A stretch of DNA of 64,000 nucleotides. Source: an uncultured Ruminococcus sp. (GTDB lineage: Bacteria; Bacillota; Clostridia; RUG12999). The notes under the pieces were generated by a model. The model saw only the letters and a program-made list of their open reading frames with translations. It made no database searches and had not been told where the DNA came from. The stretch is from NCBI GenBank assembly GCA_902784805.1, contig CACZWD010000001.1, positions 772-64,771 on the forward strand. The letters are read 5' to 3'. Each line of letters opens with the position of its first letter. Within the stretch, counting starts at the first letter, position 1. Made by a program: the position numbers and the translations under genes. Shown here piece by piece: positions 9,477 through 18,135 of this stretch.

Positions 9477-10521
9477 AATGTAAAAAATCTCTCCTTTCAA
9501 AATTCGCGGAAAACTCCGTAATTAAGGTTATAAGCTTTTCGGTATCCTCAAAAGACGCGGTTTCAACAGGACTGTGCATATATTTAAGCGGAAAAGAAAC
9601 AAGCGCGCAGGGCACGCCGCTTTTTACCGTTTCAATCACAAAAGCGTCGGTGCCGTTGTCGCCGCCCTCAACCTCAATCTGAAACGGAAGGTTAAGGCTT
9701 CCGGCTGTTTTTATGAGCTTGTCCGTATAAAAGCGGTTAAGGCTCGGACCTTTGCATATAACGGGACCGCCGCCGATTTCATTTTCGGTGCGCCCTTCAC
9801 ATTCGGGAGTTTTCGCGAAAGTCGCGTCAATAACCAACGCCATATCGGGGTTTATGTTGTAAGCGGCGGTTTTGCCTCCCGACCTTCCCGTGTCTTCGGA
9901 AACGGTAAGCGCCACGCATATATTTGAGTTTAACGGCATATTTTTAAGACGCTTCGCGGCGCTTAAAACCGCATAGCAGCCGAGTTTATTATCAAGACCG
10001 CTCGCGGATACACAGCCTCCAAAATACCGTACCGTATTTCTAAAAGATATGGGTGAACCGAAAGGTACTTCTTTTTCAAGCTCGTCATTGTTTACTCCGG
10101 TATCGATAAGGAGCTTTTCAATACTTTCGGTTTTTTTCATTTCTTCCGCCGTAAGTATATGAGGAGGCCGTAAGCCTATTATACCGTAAAAATCCTTTGT
10201 TTTGCCGTGAATCACAACTTCAGCTCCGGGCAAAAGGCGGCTGTCAATACCGCCTGTCGGAGCAAAAGAGACAAAGCCGTTTTCATGAATTCCTTTCGAT
10301 ATCAGCCCGATAATATCATAATGCGCCGTCAGCATAACCGTTGGCGCATTGTTCTTTCCGCAGGGGATTATGCCTGTAAGGTTACCGCAGGCGTCTTCAT
10401 TTACATTTCCGAGAATATCCCCGACAATATTTTTAAGTTCACTGTTTGCAGACTTTTCAAAGCCTGATACACTGTTTATATTAAGCAGCTTTTCTATAAG
10501 CTCCAAAATATCGACCTCCAT
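9457..10521 (-). CDS. M42 family metallopeptidase, third of three in tandem
   Basis: AHYDIIGLI…GGIDSR, M42 fold, with a GGAGG RBS. Confidence 0.75.
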   Translation of the reverse strand: MEVDILELIEKLLNINSVSGFEKSANSELKNIVGDILGNVNEDACGNLTGIIPCGKNNAPTVMLTAHYDIIGLISKGIHENGFVSFAPTGGIDSRLLPGAEVVIHGKTKDFYGIIGLRPPHILTAEEMKKTESIEKLLIDTGVNNDELEKEVPFGSPISFRNTVRYFGGCVSASGLDNKLGCYAVLSAAKRLKNMPLNSNICVALTVSEDTGRSGGKTAAYNINPDMALVIDATFAKTPECEGRTENEIGGGPVICKGPSLNRFYTDKLIKTAGSLNLPFQIEVEGGDNGTDAFVIETVKSGVPCALVSFPLKYMHSPVETASFEDTEKLITLITEFSANFERRDFLHYVKKTD

Positions 10522-10527
10522 AAAAAA

Positions 10528-11877
10528 TTATAACTCGCTGACAAGCTTTTTAAATAAATTTCCTCTTTCTTCAAAATTGTTAAACATATCAAAGCTTGTG
10601 CTTGCCGGTGAAAGAACAACAACGTCACCGCTTTCGGCGTTTTCACGCGCCAGCTTAACCGCGTTTTCGTATGTATCGGCGCGGAATATCCGCGGAATAT
10701 TTTTTTCACCGCAGTTTTTTACGGCTTCTTCTATTTTATCCGAGGTTTTGCCGATTAAAATAAGCGTTTTGACATGCTCGCATATCGGCGCTCCGACTTC
10801 GTCATAGGGTATGCCTTTATCTTTTCCGCCCGCAATCAGTACAACGTTTTTGCCGAATACGGAAAGGGTATTTTTTGTTCTGTTGGGGCTTGAATCTATC
10901 GAGCTGTTATAGTATTTAACTCCGTCAAGCGTCCTGATAAGCTCGATGCGGTGTTCAACGCCTCCGAAATTTTCCGCGACATATTTAACGTCGTCACGGC
11001 TGACATAGCCGAGAGTTGCAGCAATGGCGGTCATATAGTTGTAAACATTGTGTTTGCCGACAATTTTTATAAGCGCGCTGTCAAGAAATTTCTCGCCCTT
11101 TACGCATATAATGCCGTTTTTAAGGCTTATATCCGCTGCGCCGTCAATGGAAAAACCAAGCTTTTCGGCGGAAGTTTCATCGCCTATGCGGCGGGTAATA
11201 TCATTATCAAGGTTTACAATAAATCTGTCGCCCGGCTTCTGAAAGCGCATGATGTTTTTCTTTGACGAAATATACTCGTCATAGTCTTTATGCCAGTCAA
11301 GATGATTCGGGGTGATGTTTGTAATTACAGCGGTTTTCGGGCTGTGCGTCATATCAAAAAGCTGAAAGCTCGAAAGCTCGACAATAACCTTATCTTCGGG
11401 CTTTATTTTTTCAATATCGCCGATTAAAGGTCTTCCGATATTGCCGCCGAGATGGCAGGTATAGCCCGCTTTTTGCAGCATTTTATAAATAAGCGTGGTG
11501 GTTGTTGTTTTCCCGTCGCTGCCCGTAACGCCGAAAATTTCACAAGGGCACAGCTCAAAGAACAAATCCATTTCGGAAGTTATTTTCGCGCCGTTTTTTC
11601 TTAAAACTTCAAACTGAGGCAAATCGGGACGCACGCCGGGACTGTGAAAAACAATTTCGGAATTTAAGCCTTCAAGGTAATTCTCACCGAGCTTAAGCGT
11701 TACGCCTTCCGCTTTCAGGTTTTCAAAATTTCCGCCTATATCCTCGCGTTTATCGCACGCCGTAACCGCGGCGCCGCAGGAAAGGAGGAGGGATATAAGC
11801 GGCATATTGCTTCTTCCGAGTCCTATAACACCGACTTTTTTGCCTTTTATATATTTTTTATATTCCTCAAAATTCAA
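10528..11877 (-). CDS. murD: UDP-N-acetylmuramoyl-L-alanine--D-glutamate ligase
   Basis: N-terminal GVIGLGRSN Rossmann motif and Mur ligase middle and C-terminal domains (GTNGKTTTT-like GSDGKTTTT). Confidence 0.9.
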   Translation of the reverse strand: MNFEEYKKYIKGKKVGVIGLGRSNMPLISLLLSCGAAVTACDKREDIGGNFENLKAEGVTLKLGENYLEGLNSEIVFHSPGVRPDLPQFEVLRKNGAKITSEMDLFFELCPCEIFGVTGSDGKTTTTTLIYKMLQKAGYTCHLGGNIGRPLIGDIEKIKPEDKVIVELSSFQLFDMTHSPKTAVITNITPNHLDWHKDYDEYISSKKNIMRFQKPGDRFIVNLDNDITRRIGDETSAEKLGFSIDGAADISLKNGIICVKGEKFLDSALIKIVGKHNVYNYMTAIAATLGYVSRDDVKYVAENFGGVEHRIELIRTLDGVKYYNSSIDSSPNRTKNTLSVFGKNVVLIAGGKDKGIPYDEVGAPICEHVKTLILIGKTSDKIEEAVKNCGEKNIPRIFRADTYENAVKLARENAESGDVVVLSPASTSFDMFNNFEERGNLFKKLVSEL

Positions 11878-11898
11878 GGTATGTGCCTCCCCGGAAAA

Positions 11899-12150
11899 TT
11901 AAAACTGATTAAGATAATTTTTTACAATTTCCTCAAGCAAATCATCTCGCTGAATCTGAGCGATAAGCGCTCTTGCGCCGTCATGACTTGTTATATAGGT
12001 CGGGTCGCCCGAAATAATATAACCTACCATCTGATTAACGGGGTTATATCCCTTTTCTTTAAGCGCCGCATATACTTTTTCAACTATGCCTTTAATAATT
12101 TCCGCTTTGTTTCTGTCTCCGTTAAAAATAAAAGTGTCCTGTGTTACCAT
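11899..12150 (-). CDS. ireB: IreB-family regulatory phosphoprotein (UPF0297)
   Basis: 83 aa; VYAALKEKGYNPVNQMVGYIISGDPTYITSHDGARALI is the conserved UPF0297/IreB core. Confidence 0.7.
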   Translation of the reverse strand: MVTQDTFIFNGDRNKAEIIKGIVEKVYAALKEKGYNPVNQMVGYIISGDPTYITSHDGARALIAQIQRDDLLEEIVKNYLNQF

Positions 12151-12171
12151 AGTAATATCCTCCTTAAATTT

Positions 12172-12546
12172 TTATTTTTCGCTTGTAAAATATCCTCTTA
12201 AATCCACCCTGGCGAGATATCCGTTTTTTGGGGGCACCGGACCGTCCTCGCAGGGGATAAACTTCATTTTTTCGCATAAATCTTTATATTCGTCAAGATT
12301 TGTATATACATCGTGAATACCGTGTAAATCAAGAAAATTCAGAGCGCTTGCGAGCGTAACATACCGCATTTCCTCTTTGTCGGTTTTAAGCGCTTCAATA
12401 TACGCGCCGCCCGGAACAATATTAAACTCAACCGCTCCCGTTAAGCTTTGCTCGTAAAGAAGCATACAAAGCCCTTTGATTTTTTTATCAAGATAAAGTT
12501 CCGCTTCGGGGATTTGTTCGGGAGTTGCCATTTTTATACTGAACAT
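12172..12546 (-). CDS. Hypothetical protein (about 124 aa), conserved-looking but of unknown function
   Basis: Uninterrupted ORF between ireB and rluB. Start chosen at the ATG at 12546, which has an AAAGGAA RBS. No recognisable motif. Confidence 0.4.
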   Translation of the reverse strand: MFSIKMATPEQIPEAELYLDKKIKGLCMLLYEQSLTGAVEFNIVPGGAYIEALKTDKEEMRYVTLASALNFLDLHGIHDVYTNLDEYKDLCEKMKFIPCEDGPVPPKNGYLARVDLRGYFTSEK

Positions 12547-12547
12547 T

Positions 12548-13285
12548 TTATTTTCCTTTCTTTTGCCTTGCAAGTAATTCAATTTCGGAAGGCTTTAAAT
12601 GCCGCCATTTTCCCTCTGGCAGATTTCCGAGAGTAACTCCGCCTATTGCAACCCGTTTAAGCCGGAGTACGGGAAAGCCTACTGCATCAAGCATACGCCG
12701 CACCTGTCTTTTCTTGCCCTCGCCGATTATAATTTTTACGGAAGATTCACGTTCCGTACCGCTTATCAGCTCAACCTCGGCGGGTTTTGTAACATAATCG
12801 CCTATATCAATGCCTGAACGGAGACGTTTTATTGCGGATACCGTAATAAGCCCTTTGACGCTTGCAATATATGTTTTTTTAAGATTTCCTTTCGGGTGCA
12901 TTATTGCGTTTGCAAAATCACCGTCGTTTGAAAGAAGCAGAAGCCCCTGCGTGTCATAATCAAGCCTTCCTACCGGATATATCCTCGCATGGACGTCCTC
13001 TGTCAGCTCCATAACCGTCGGACGGTTAAAATCGTCCGAGGTTGTGGTTATGTATCCCGCCGGTTTGTTAAGCATAATATAATATTTTTTTGTTTCCTGC
13101 CGTATAATATGCCCGTCAACCTCAACCTCATCGGTATCGGGGTTTATTTTAACGCCCATTTCGCGGATTATTTCACCGCTGACTTTAACTCTGCCCTCAC
13201 GTATAAGCTCTTCGGCTTTACGCCTTGAAGTTATGCCGCTTTCGGCAATATATTTTTGCAACCTTATAAGCTCCATATATTTCAT
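12548..13285 (-). CDS. rluB: 23S rRNA pseudouridine synthase (RluB/RsuA family)
   Basis: N-terminal S4 domain (RLQKYIAESGITSRRKAEELI) and the RsuA/RluB catalytic core (GRLDYDTQGLLLL). Confidence 0.8.
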   Translation of the reverse strand: MKYMELIRLQKYIAESGITSRRKAEELIREGRVKVSGEIIREMGVKINPDTDEVEVDGHIIRQETKKYYIMLNKPAGYITTTSDDFNRPTVMELTEDVHARIYPVGRLDYDTQGLLLLSNDGDFANAIMHPKGNLKKTYIASVKGLITVSAIKRLRSGIDIGDYVTKPAEVELISGTERESSVKIIIGEGKKRQVRRMLDAVGFPVLRLKRVAIGGVTLGNLPEGKWRHLKPSEIELLARQKKGK

Positions 13286-13301
13286 ACCTTTTTCTTTGTG
13301 T

Positions 13302-14420
13302 TTATTTATGACGGAAAAAGCTTATTATCCGCCAGAAAAAATTTGATTTTTTTGCCTTTTCGGCGGCGCAGGCAGCAACAAGGTTTGTTTCGCCGATTAA
13401 ATCTTTGCCGTCATAAAAGGATACTGTGCCGACCTTTTGCCCCTTTTTTACAGGTGCCGACAGGTTTTCGTCGGTTTTGCAGATTACTTTTACTTTACTG
13501 CACTTTTTTACGGCGGCGGAAATGTTTTCTTCAGCAAGACAGGGGACATCAGGCTGTTTGCCGCCATATACGCGTACGCAGCCGAAGCCCTGACCTTTTT
13601 CGGACAGCTTTTTAAGCTCGTAATTTTCAAAAGCGTAGTCAAACATTGCCATATGGTCGTTCCAGTCGTTGCGGTCGGAAAGAGTTACGCTTATAACCCT
13701 CATACCGTTTCTTGTTGCCGAGCCTACAAGTGTTCTGCCCGTTTCGGGCGTATAGCCCGTTTTTACGCCGTCCGCGCCGTCATAGAAGCGAAGCAGCTTG
13801 TTATTGTTTACAACAAGTTTTGTTTCAATATCATCATCTATTTCATAGCTTTTGGCGCTCACCATATCGGCAAAGCCGTCAAGTGTGAAAGCGTAACGCG
13901 TAATCTGCGCAAGGTCATAGGCAGTTGTATAATGTCCCTCCTCGTAAAGCCCGTGAGGGTTTTTAAAAGCGGTATCTTTAAGCCCAAGACTTACGGCCTT
14001 TTCCGTCATAAGCTTCGCGAAGTCCTCTATACTGTCACTCACATGAAGCGCCACTGCCGCCGCGGCGTCATTTCCCGATTTTAAAAGCATGCCGTAAAGA
14101 AGATGCTCAAGGTTTATTTTGTCTCCGGCTTTAAGATAAAGACTTGAGCCTTCAATGCCTTCGGCACGCCTGTCAACCGTTACGGTTTCGTCCGGACTGC
14201 ATCTTTCAAGCGCGATTACGGCTGTCATAATTTTTGTTGTACTTGCCATACCGCGCCTTTCATAAGCGTTTTTTTCTGCAATAACCCTGCCGGAAGCGGC
14301 GTCAATAATAACAGCGCTTTCGGCGCTCAATTCCATAGCGTCTGCCGTACCGCACAAAAAAGTAAAAATCAAAAATATGCAGCAAAAAATTTTAAAACTT
14401 TTCAAAAAATCACGTCCCAT
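13302..14420 (-). CDS. dacB: D-alanyl-D-alanine carboxypeptidase (S11, PBP5-like)
   Basis: Signal peptide plus SxxK (ASTTKIMTA), SGN and KTG motifs. Confidence 0.8.
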   Translation of the reverse strand: MGRDFLKSFKIFCCIFLIFTFLCGTADAMELSAESAVIIDAASGRVIAEKNAYERRGMASTTKIMTAVIALERCSPDETVTVDRRAEGIEGSSLYLKAGDKINLEHLLYGMLLKSGNDAAAAVALHVSDSIEDFAKLMTEKAVSLGLKDTAFKNPHGLYEEGHYTTAYDLAQITRYAFTLDGFADMVSAKSYEIDDDIETKLVVNNNKLLRFYDGADGVKTGYTPETGRTLVGSATRNGMRVISVTLSDRNDWNDHMAMFDYAFENYELKKLSEKGQGFGCVRVYGGKQPDVPCLAEENISAAVKKCSKVKVICKTDENLSAPVKKGQKVGTVSFYDGKDLIGETNLVAACAAEKAKKSNFFWRIISFFRHK

Positions 14421-14484
14421 AATACTATTAATGAAAGGCGTCCGCCGTTCATTATATATACTATGTTACAAAACTCTTTTTTTA

Positions 14485-14886
14485 TTACTCGGAAGTCTTA
14501 TCTGTTTTTTCGGTATAGGATTTTACAATGCCGTTAAGCTTATCAACCATCGGAGGAACCATATCGATAACTTTTTCAACCGTGGTTTGCTCCGATACCA
14601 TGGGAACAATACGTACATTACCTTCTTTAAGCACCATAAAACCCATAGGCTCTATCGAAAGTCCGCCGCCGCTGCCTCCTCCGAAAGGATATTCCTCTTT
14701 AATTGCGGATTTTGTGGGAATTTCAACGCCCGTAGCTCCAAAACCGCAGCTTACCTTCGTTACGGGAATTATAACGCTGCCGTCGGGAGCGTTCACCTCG
14801 TTTCCGACAACCGTGCTGACTTTTACTACCTCTTTTATGGAGTCCATCATTGTACCTATCATTTCATTGATGCTGCCTTTACTCAT
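14485..14886 (-). CDS. ytfJ: Sporulation protein YtfJ (GerW family)
   Basis: GerW/YtfJ signature (VIIPVTKVSCGFGATG…FGGGSGGG). Confidence 0.75.
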   Translation of the reverse strand: MSKGSINEMIGTMMDSIKEVVKVSTVVGNEVNAPDGSVIIPVTKVSCGFGATGVEIPTKSAIKEEYPFGGGSGGGLSIEPMGFMVLKEGNVRIVPMVSEQTTVEKVIDMVPPMVDKLNGIVKSYTEKTDKTSE

Positions 14887-15554
14887 GCCTTTTCACGGCT
14901 CCTTTCATCTTTTTGCTGTTTTTTTGTGCAGCGCCTGAGCTCGCGTACCGCGTCACGTAAATCTTTATTTGTTATATATGCCCGTATAAGGCAAAAAATA
15001 AGATATATCGGTGTTAGTCTAACCCAGGTTATGTTTTTTATGCTTATACCGTCGTGAACAACAAAATCCGGCGTTACCCGAACCTTGTATTCGTCCGTTT
15101 TAAAGCAGGTGTAAATCGTTGTAACGGCGGCGATAAGCGCGCCCGATACAGCGGAATACGCTATACCGCAGCTCATCGGGTCGTCAAGAGCGACCTTGCA
15201 CCAGACACATTCTCTTTTAAATTCGAGAACCTTTCCCGGCAGCCATTTCAGCTCACATATAATGCGGCATACTGCTTTGATTGTATCAATAACCTCTCCG
15301 GGAGTTTTTTTATCCTTTTCGGTTTTTTCTTCCCGCTCTTTTTCTTTCTTTTTTTCTTGGTTTTTCTTTTTGCCGCCTATGCTTTTCACAAAGCACCCGT
15401 AAGTTATTTTACCGCTCGTTTTAAAACCGTCTTTTTTGGTGTAGAGCAGTTCGGCATAAAAGCCTGTTTTTACGCATAGAAGAAGAATTATCAGCAGGAA
15501 CAATAAAAGCAGAAATATACCGAGCCATTTAATTACAGTAAGCAAAACGCTCAT
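14883..15554 (-). CDS. ytfI: DUF2953 sporulation-associated protein (YtfI-like)
   Basis: N-terminal TM segment and a lysine/glutamate-rich low-complexity region. Located immediately upstream of ytfJ, as in Bacillus. Confidence 0.55.
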   Translation of the reverse strand: MSVLLTVIKWLGIFLLLLFLLIILLLCVKTGFYAELLYTKKDGFKTSGKITYGCFVKSIGGKKKNQEKKKEKEREEKTEKDKKTPGEVIDTIKAVCRIICELKWLPGKVLEFKRECVWCKVALDDPMSCGIAYSAVSGALIAAVTTIYTCFKTDEYKVRVTPDFVVHDGISIKNITWVRLTPIYLIFCLIRAYITNKDLRDAVRELRRCTKKQQKDERSREKA

Positions 15555-16120
15555 TATTCATCAGCCTTTTCAGGATTTTCTTTTTCTCTGCCCTCATAAA
15601 ACATTGACTGAAGCGGCAAAGTATGTAGGTTTGGCAAATCCGCAACATTATTAATGCCGAAAGTCCGCAAAAATATGTCGGTAGTCCTGTAAAGCAGGGG
15701 CTTTCCGGGAGTTTCAAGCCTTCCGCATTCCTCTACAAGCCCTTTTTCAATAAGCCTTCCGAGCGCTCCGTCGCTGTTGACGCCTCTTACAAATTCAATG
15801 GTAGAGCGTGTAACGGGCTGATTATACGCTACAACCGAAAGGGTTTCGAGCGCCGCGTTTGAAAGCCCGCTTTGCCTTCTCGGTTCTATAAGCTTAACTA
15901 TATAGTCGTAATATTTTTCACTTGAACACAGATAATATTTGTTATCAACACTCTTTATGGCTATTCCCCGTTTTTCTTTTGCCCATTTCGCCGCAATATT
16001 ATTCGCAATTTCAGCGGCATTTGAAAGACCGAGAATACTGTTAAGCTCATCTGTGCTTACGGGGTCGCCGGAAGCAAAAAGCACAGATTCAATAACTGCC
16101 TCGGCTTCTTTTAAATCCAT
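15554..16120 (-). CDS. scpB: Segregation and condensation protein B
   Basis: EAVIESVLFASGDPVSTDEL…VAYNQPVTR, the ScpB winged-helix family. Confidence 0.85.
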   Translation of the reverse strand: MDLKEAEAVIESVLFASGDPVSTDELNSILGLSNAAEIANNIAAKWAKEKRGIAIKSVDNKYYLCSSEKYYDYIVKLIEPRRQSGLSNAALETLSVVAYNQPVTRSTIEFVRGVNSDGALGRLIEKGLVEECGRLETPGKPLLYRTTDIFLRTFGINNVADLPNLHTLPLQSMFYEGREKENPEKADE

Positions 16121-16147
16121 ATTAAAACCAGCCTTTCCGAATAAAAC

Positions 16148-16906
16148 CTATTCAAATTCTTCCATATCCTTTTCAGGGGGAAGTTCGCCGTCAAGCGTCA
16201 GAAGCATATCATCCGCGTTTTCGCTTACCGACATATTCCCGCGGCGCATAAGTTCAAGCACGGCGAGAAAAGTGGATACCGCCTCCGCCCGGCTTGTAAC
16301 GTCGGCAAAAAGCGCCGAAAAGGATAGGCTTTTTCTGCCCGCAAAACGCTTGTAAATGTGATAAATCCTTGTTTTTACAGGGACGGTTTCACGGCGGACA
16401 ATAGTTTCAAACGCTTCTTTTTTTACGGTTAAGCTATCAAGTTCTTTTTTTCTTTCCATAACGCTTTCAAAAGCCAGAAAAAGCTTTGAAAGCGGGATTT
16501 TTCCGTCAAATTCCTTAACTTTGGGAAGCTTTATTTCTTCAGCCGCGCGGTAAAAAACCGCGAAATCGGAAAATTGCCTTTCGGACAAAAATTTTGCCGC
16601 TTCTTTATATTTCGCGTACTCTATAAGCCTGTCAACAAGCTCGCTCCTCGGGTCACCTTCATCTTCTTTTTCCCCGCTGCCTGGAAGCAGCATTTTTGAT
16701 TTTATAAGAAGCAGCTGCGCCGCAAGCACAAGAAATTCGCCCGTGCCTTCCATATCTATTTCCTGAAGCCTCTCGACATATTCAATATATTGGTTTGTTA
16801 TTTCGGCAATCGGTATATCGTATATGCTCACTTTGTTTTTGTGCAGAAGCTGTAAAAGAAGGTCGAGAGGGCCTTCAAAAGTGAGGTTGTCAAGCTTAAA
16901 ATTCAT
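16148..16906 (-). CDS. scpA: Segregation and condensation protein A
   Basis: FEGPLDLLLQLLHKNKVSIYDIPIAEIT is the ScpA N-terminal signature. Confidence 0.85.
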   Translation of the reverse strand: MNFKLDNLTFEGPLDLLLQLLHKNKVSIYDIPIAEITNQYIEYVERLQEIDMEGTGEFLVLAAQLLLIKSKMLLPGSGEKEDEGDPRSELVDRLIEYAKYKEAAKFLSERQFSDFAVFYRAAEEIKLPKVKEFDGKIPLSKLFLAFESVMERKKELDSLTVKKEAFETIVRRETVPVKTRIYHIYKRFAGRKSLSFSALFADVTSRAEAVSTFLAVLELMRRGNMSVSENADDMLLTLDGELPPEKDMEEFE

Positions 16907-16915
16907 ATACTCACC

Positions 16916-17551
16916 TCATTTTAGTATAAGCCCTATAATAAAACCCGCGGTTTTATCAAGCCATGTAAGCACAAGATAACTGAACCTTCTGATTACAGGG
17001 TTTAAAACACCGATATATAAAAGGGCAAACATAAAAATCTGTATATAGGGTTCATAGCGGTAAACCTTATATTGTGTTTTCTCGGGTAAAAGCGATATAA
17101 CCACCTTTGAGCCGTCAAGAGGCGGAACAGGCAGCATATTAAATGCGGCAAGCGTCGCGTTAAGGGTAACGGCGGAGGCGAGATAGCTTTGCAAAAAACC
17201 GTCATAGCTGCCCGTTTTCAAAAAATTAAATTCAAAAATCACATAGCACAAAAGCGCTATGATAACATTTGAAAGGGGTCCCGCTATGGCAACAATTATC
17301 GGACCTAAACGTTTATATTTAAGCCGTGAAAAATTTACCGGCACGGGTTTTGCCCAGCCAAAGCCGAAAAACATCATCGCGAGTGTGCCAAAAATGTCAA
17401 GATGAGCAAGCGGATTAAGTGTAAGCCTTCCCATATCTTTTGCTGTTGTGTCGCCAAGTTTGTAAGCGGCAAGACCGTGTGACAGCTCATGCACGGAAAG
17501 CGAAAGCAGTATAATCGGCAGAAGATATATTTTTAAAATAAGATTATTCAT
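16916..17551 (-). CDS. Site-2 protease family (M50) membrane metalloprotease
   Basis: HELSHG zinc motif and multiple TM segments. Start set at the ATG at 17551, which has a GGAG RBS. Confidence 0.7.
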   Translation of the reverse strand: MNNLILKIYLLPIILLSLSVHELSHGLAAYKLGDTTAKDMGRLTLNPLAHLDIFGTLAMMFFGFGWAKPVPVNFSRLKYKRLGPIIVAIAGPLSNVIIALLCYVIFEFNFLKTGSYDGFLQSYLASAVTLNATLAAFNMLPVPPLDGSKVVISLLPEKTQYKVYRYEPYIQIFMFALLYIGVLNPVIRRFSYLVLTWLDKTAGFIIGLILK

Positions 17552-17707
17552 TATAACTCCATAACTCCCGAGATTCCAAATTAAGGTATTTTTAGCAGAA
17601 TATAACTCTACATTATATATTTTATTATATTTTACCCAAAAAGTCAAGGGATTTTACCTAAAAACACCGACCTTAAAAAATAAAATTTGCGATACTGACA
17701 AAAAATA

Positions 17708-17736
17708 CTTGTATCTTACAAAAATATGTGATATAA
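17708..17736 (+). promoter_or_regulatory. Sigma-A-type promoter with an extended -10, upstream of zapA
   Basis: TTGTAT (17708-17713), a 17-nt spacer, then TGTGATATAAT with the -10 hexamer TATAAT at 17731-17736. Confidence 0.5.
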
Positions 17737-17793
17737 TATATACATATATATGGTAAAATTGATAATATTTTACTTTGAAAAGGGGGAATTATC

Positions 17794-18135
17794 GTGGCGG
17801 ACACAAAAACCAGGGTTACGGTTATTATTGACGGCAAGGAATATACTGTTGTCGGTGATGAAAGCGAGAGCTATATTAAAAACATTGCGAAAAAAGTTGA
17901 CGATACCATTAATGCCGTGGCGAAGCTTACGGTAAGCTCCTCTATGAAGCTTGTGCTTGCGGCGCTTAATATTGCCGACGAAGCAGAGAAGAACAATGCC
18001 GAAATTTCAGAGCTTAAACAGCTTATTGCGATTTTGGAAGAAAAAAACAAAATTTTACAGGATAACCTCAATAATATGCGTCTGTCGGGCGCAAAACCGG
18101 GAGTAAATAACAATTATCATGAGGAAAGACGTTAA
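17794..18135 (+). CDS. zapA: Cell division protein ZapA
   Basis: VTVIIDGKEYTVVGDESESYIKNIAKKVDD and a coiled-coil C-terminus. GTG start with an AAAGGGGGAA RBS. Confidence 0.8.
   Translation: MADTKTRVTVIIDGKEYTVVGDESESYIKNIAKKVDDTINAVAKLTVSSSMKLVLAALNIADEAEKNNAEISELKQLIAILEEKNKILQDNLNNMRLSGAKPGVNNNYHEERR

Noticed and set aside
10349-10807. Plus-strand ORFs 10349..10807 and 10207..10467 overlapping the third M42 peptidase and murD
   Set aside because: Antisense to well-supported genes, with low-complexity translations. Spurious.
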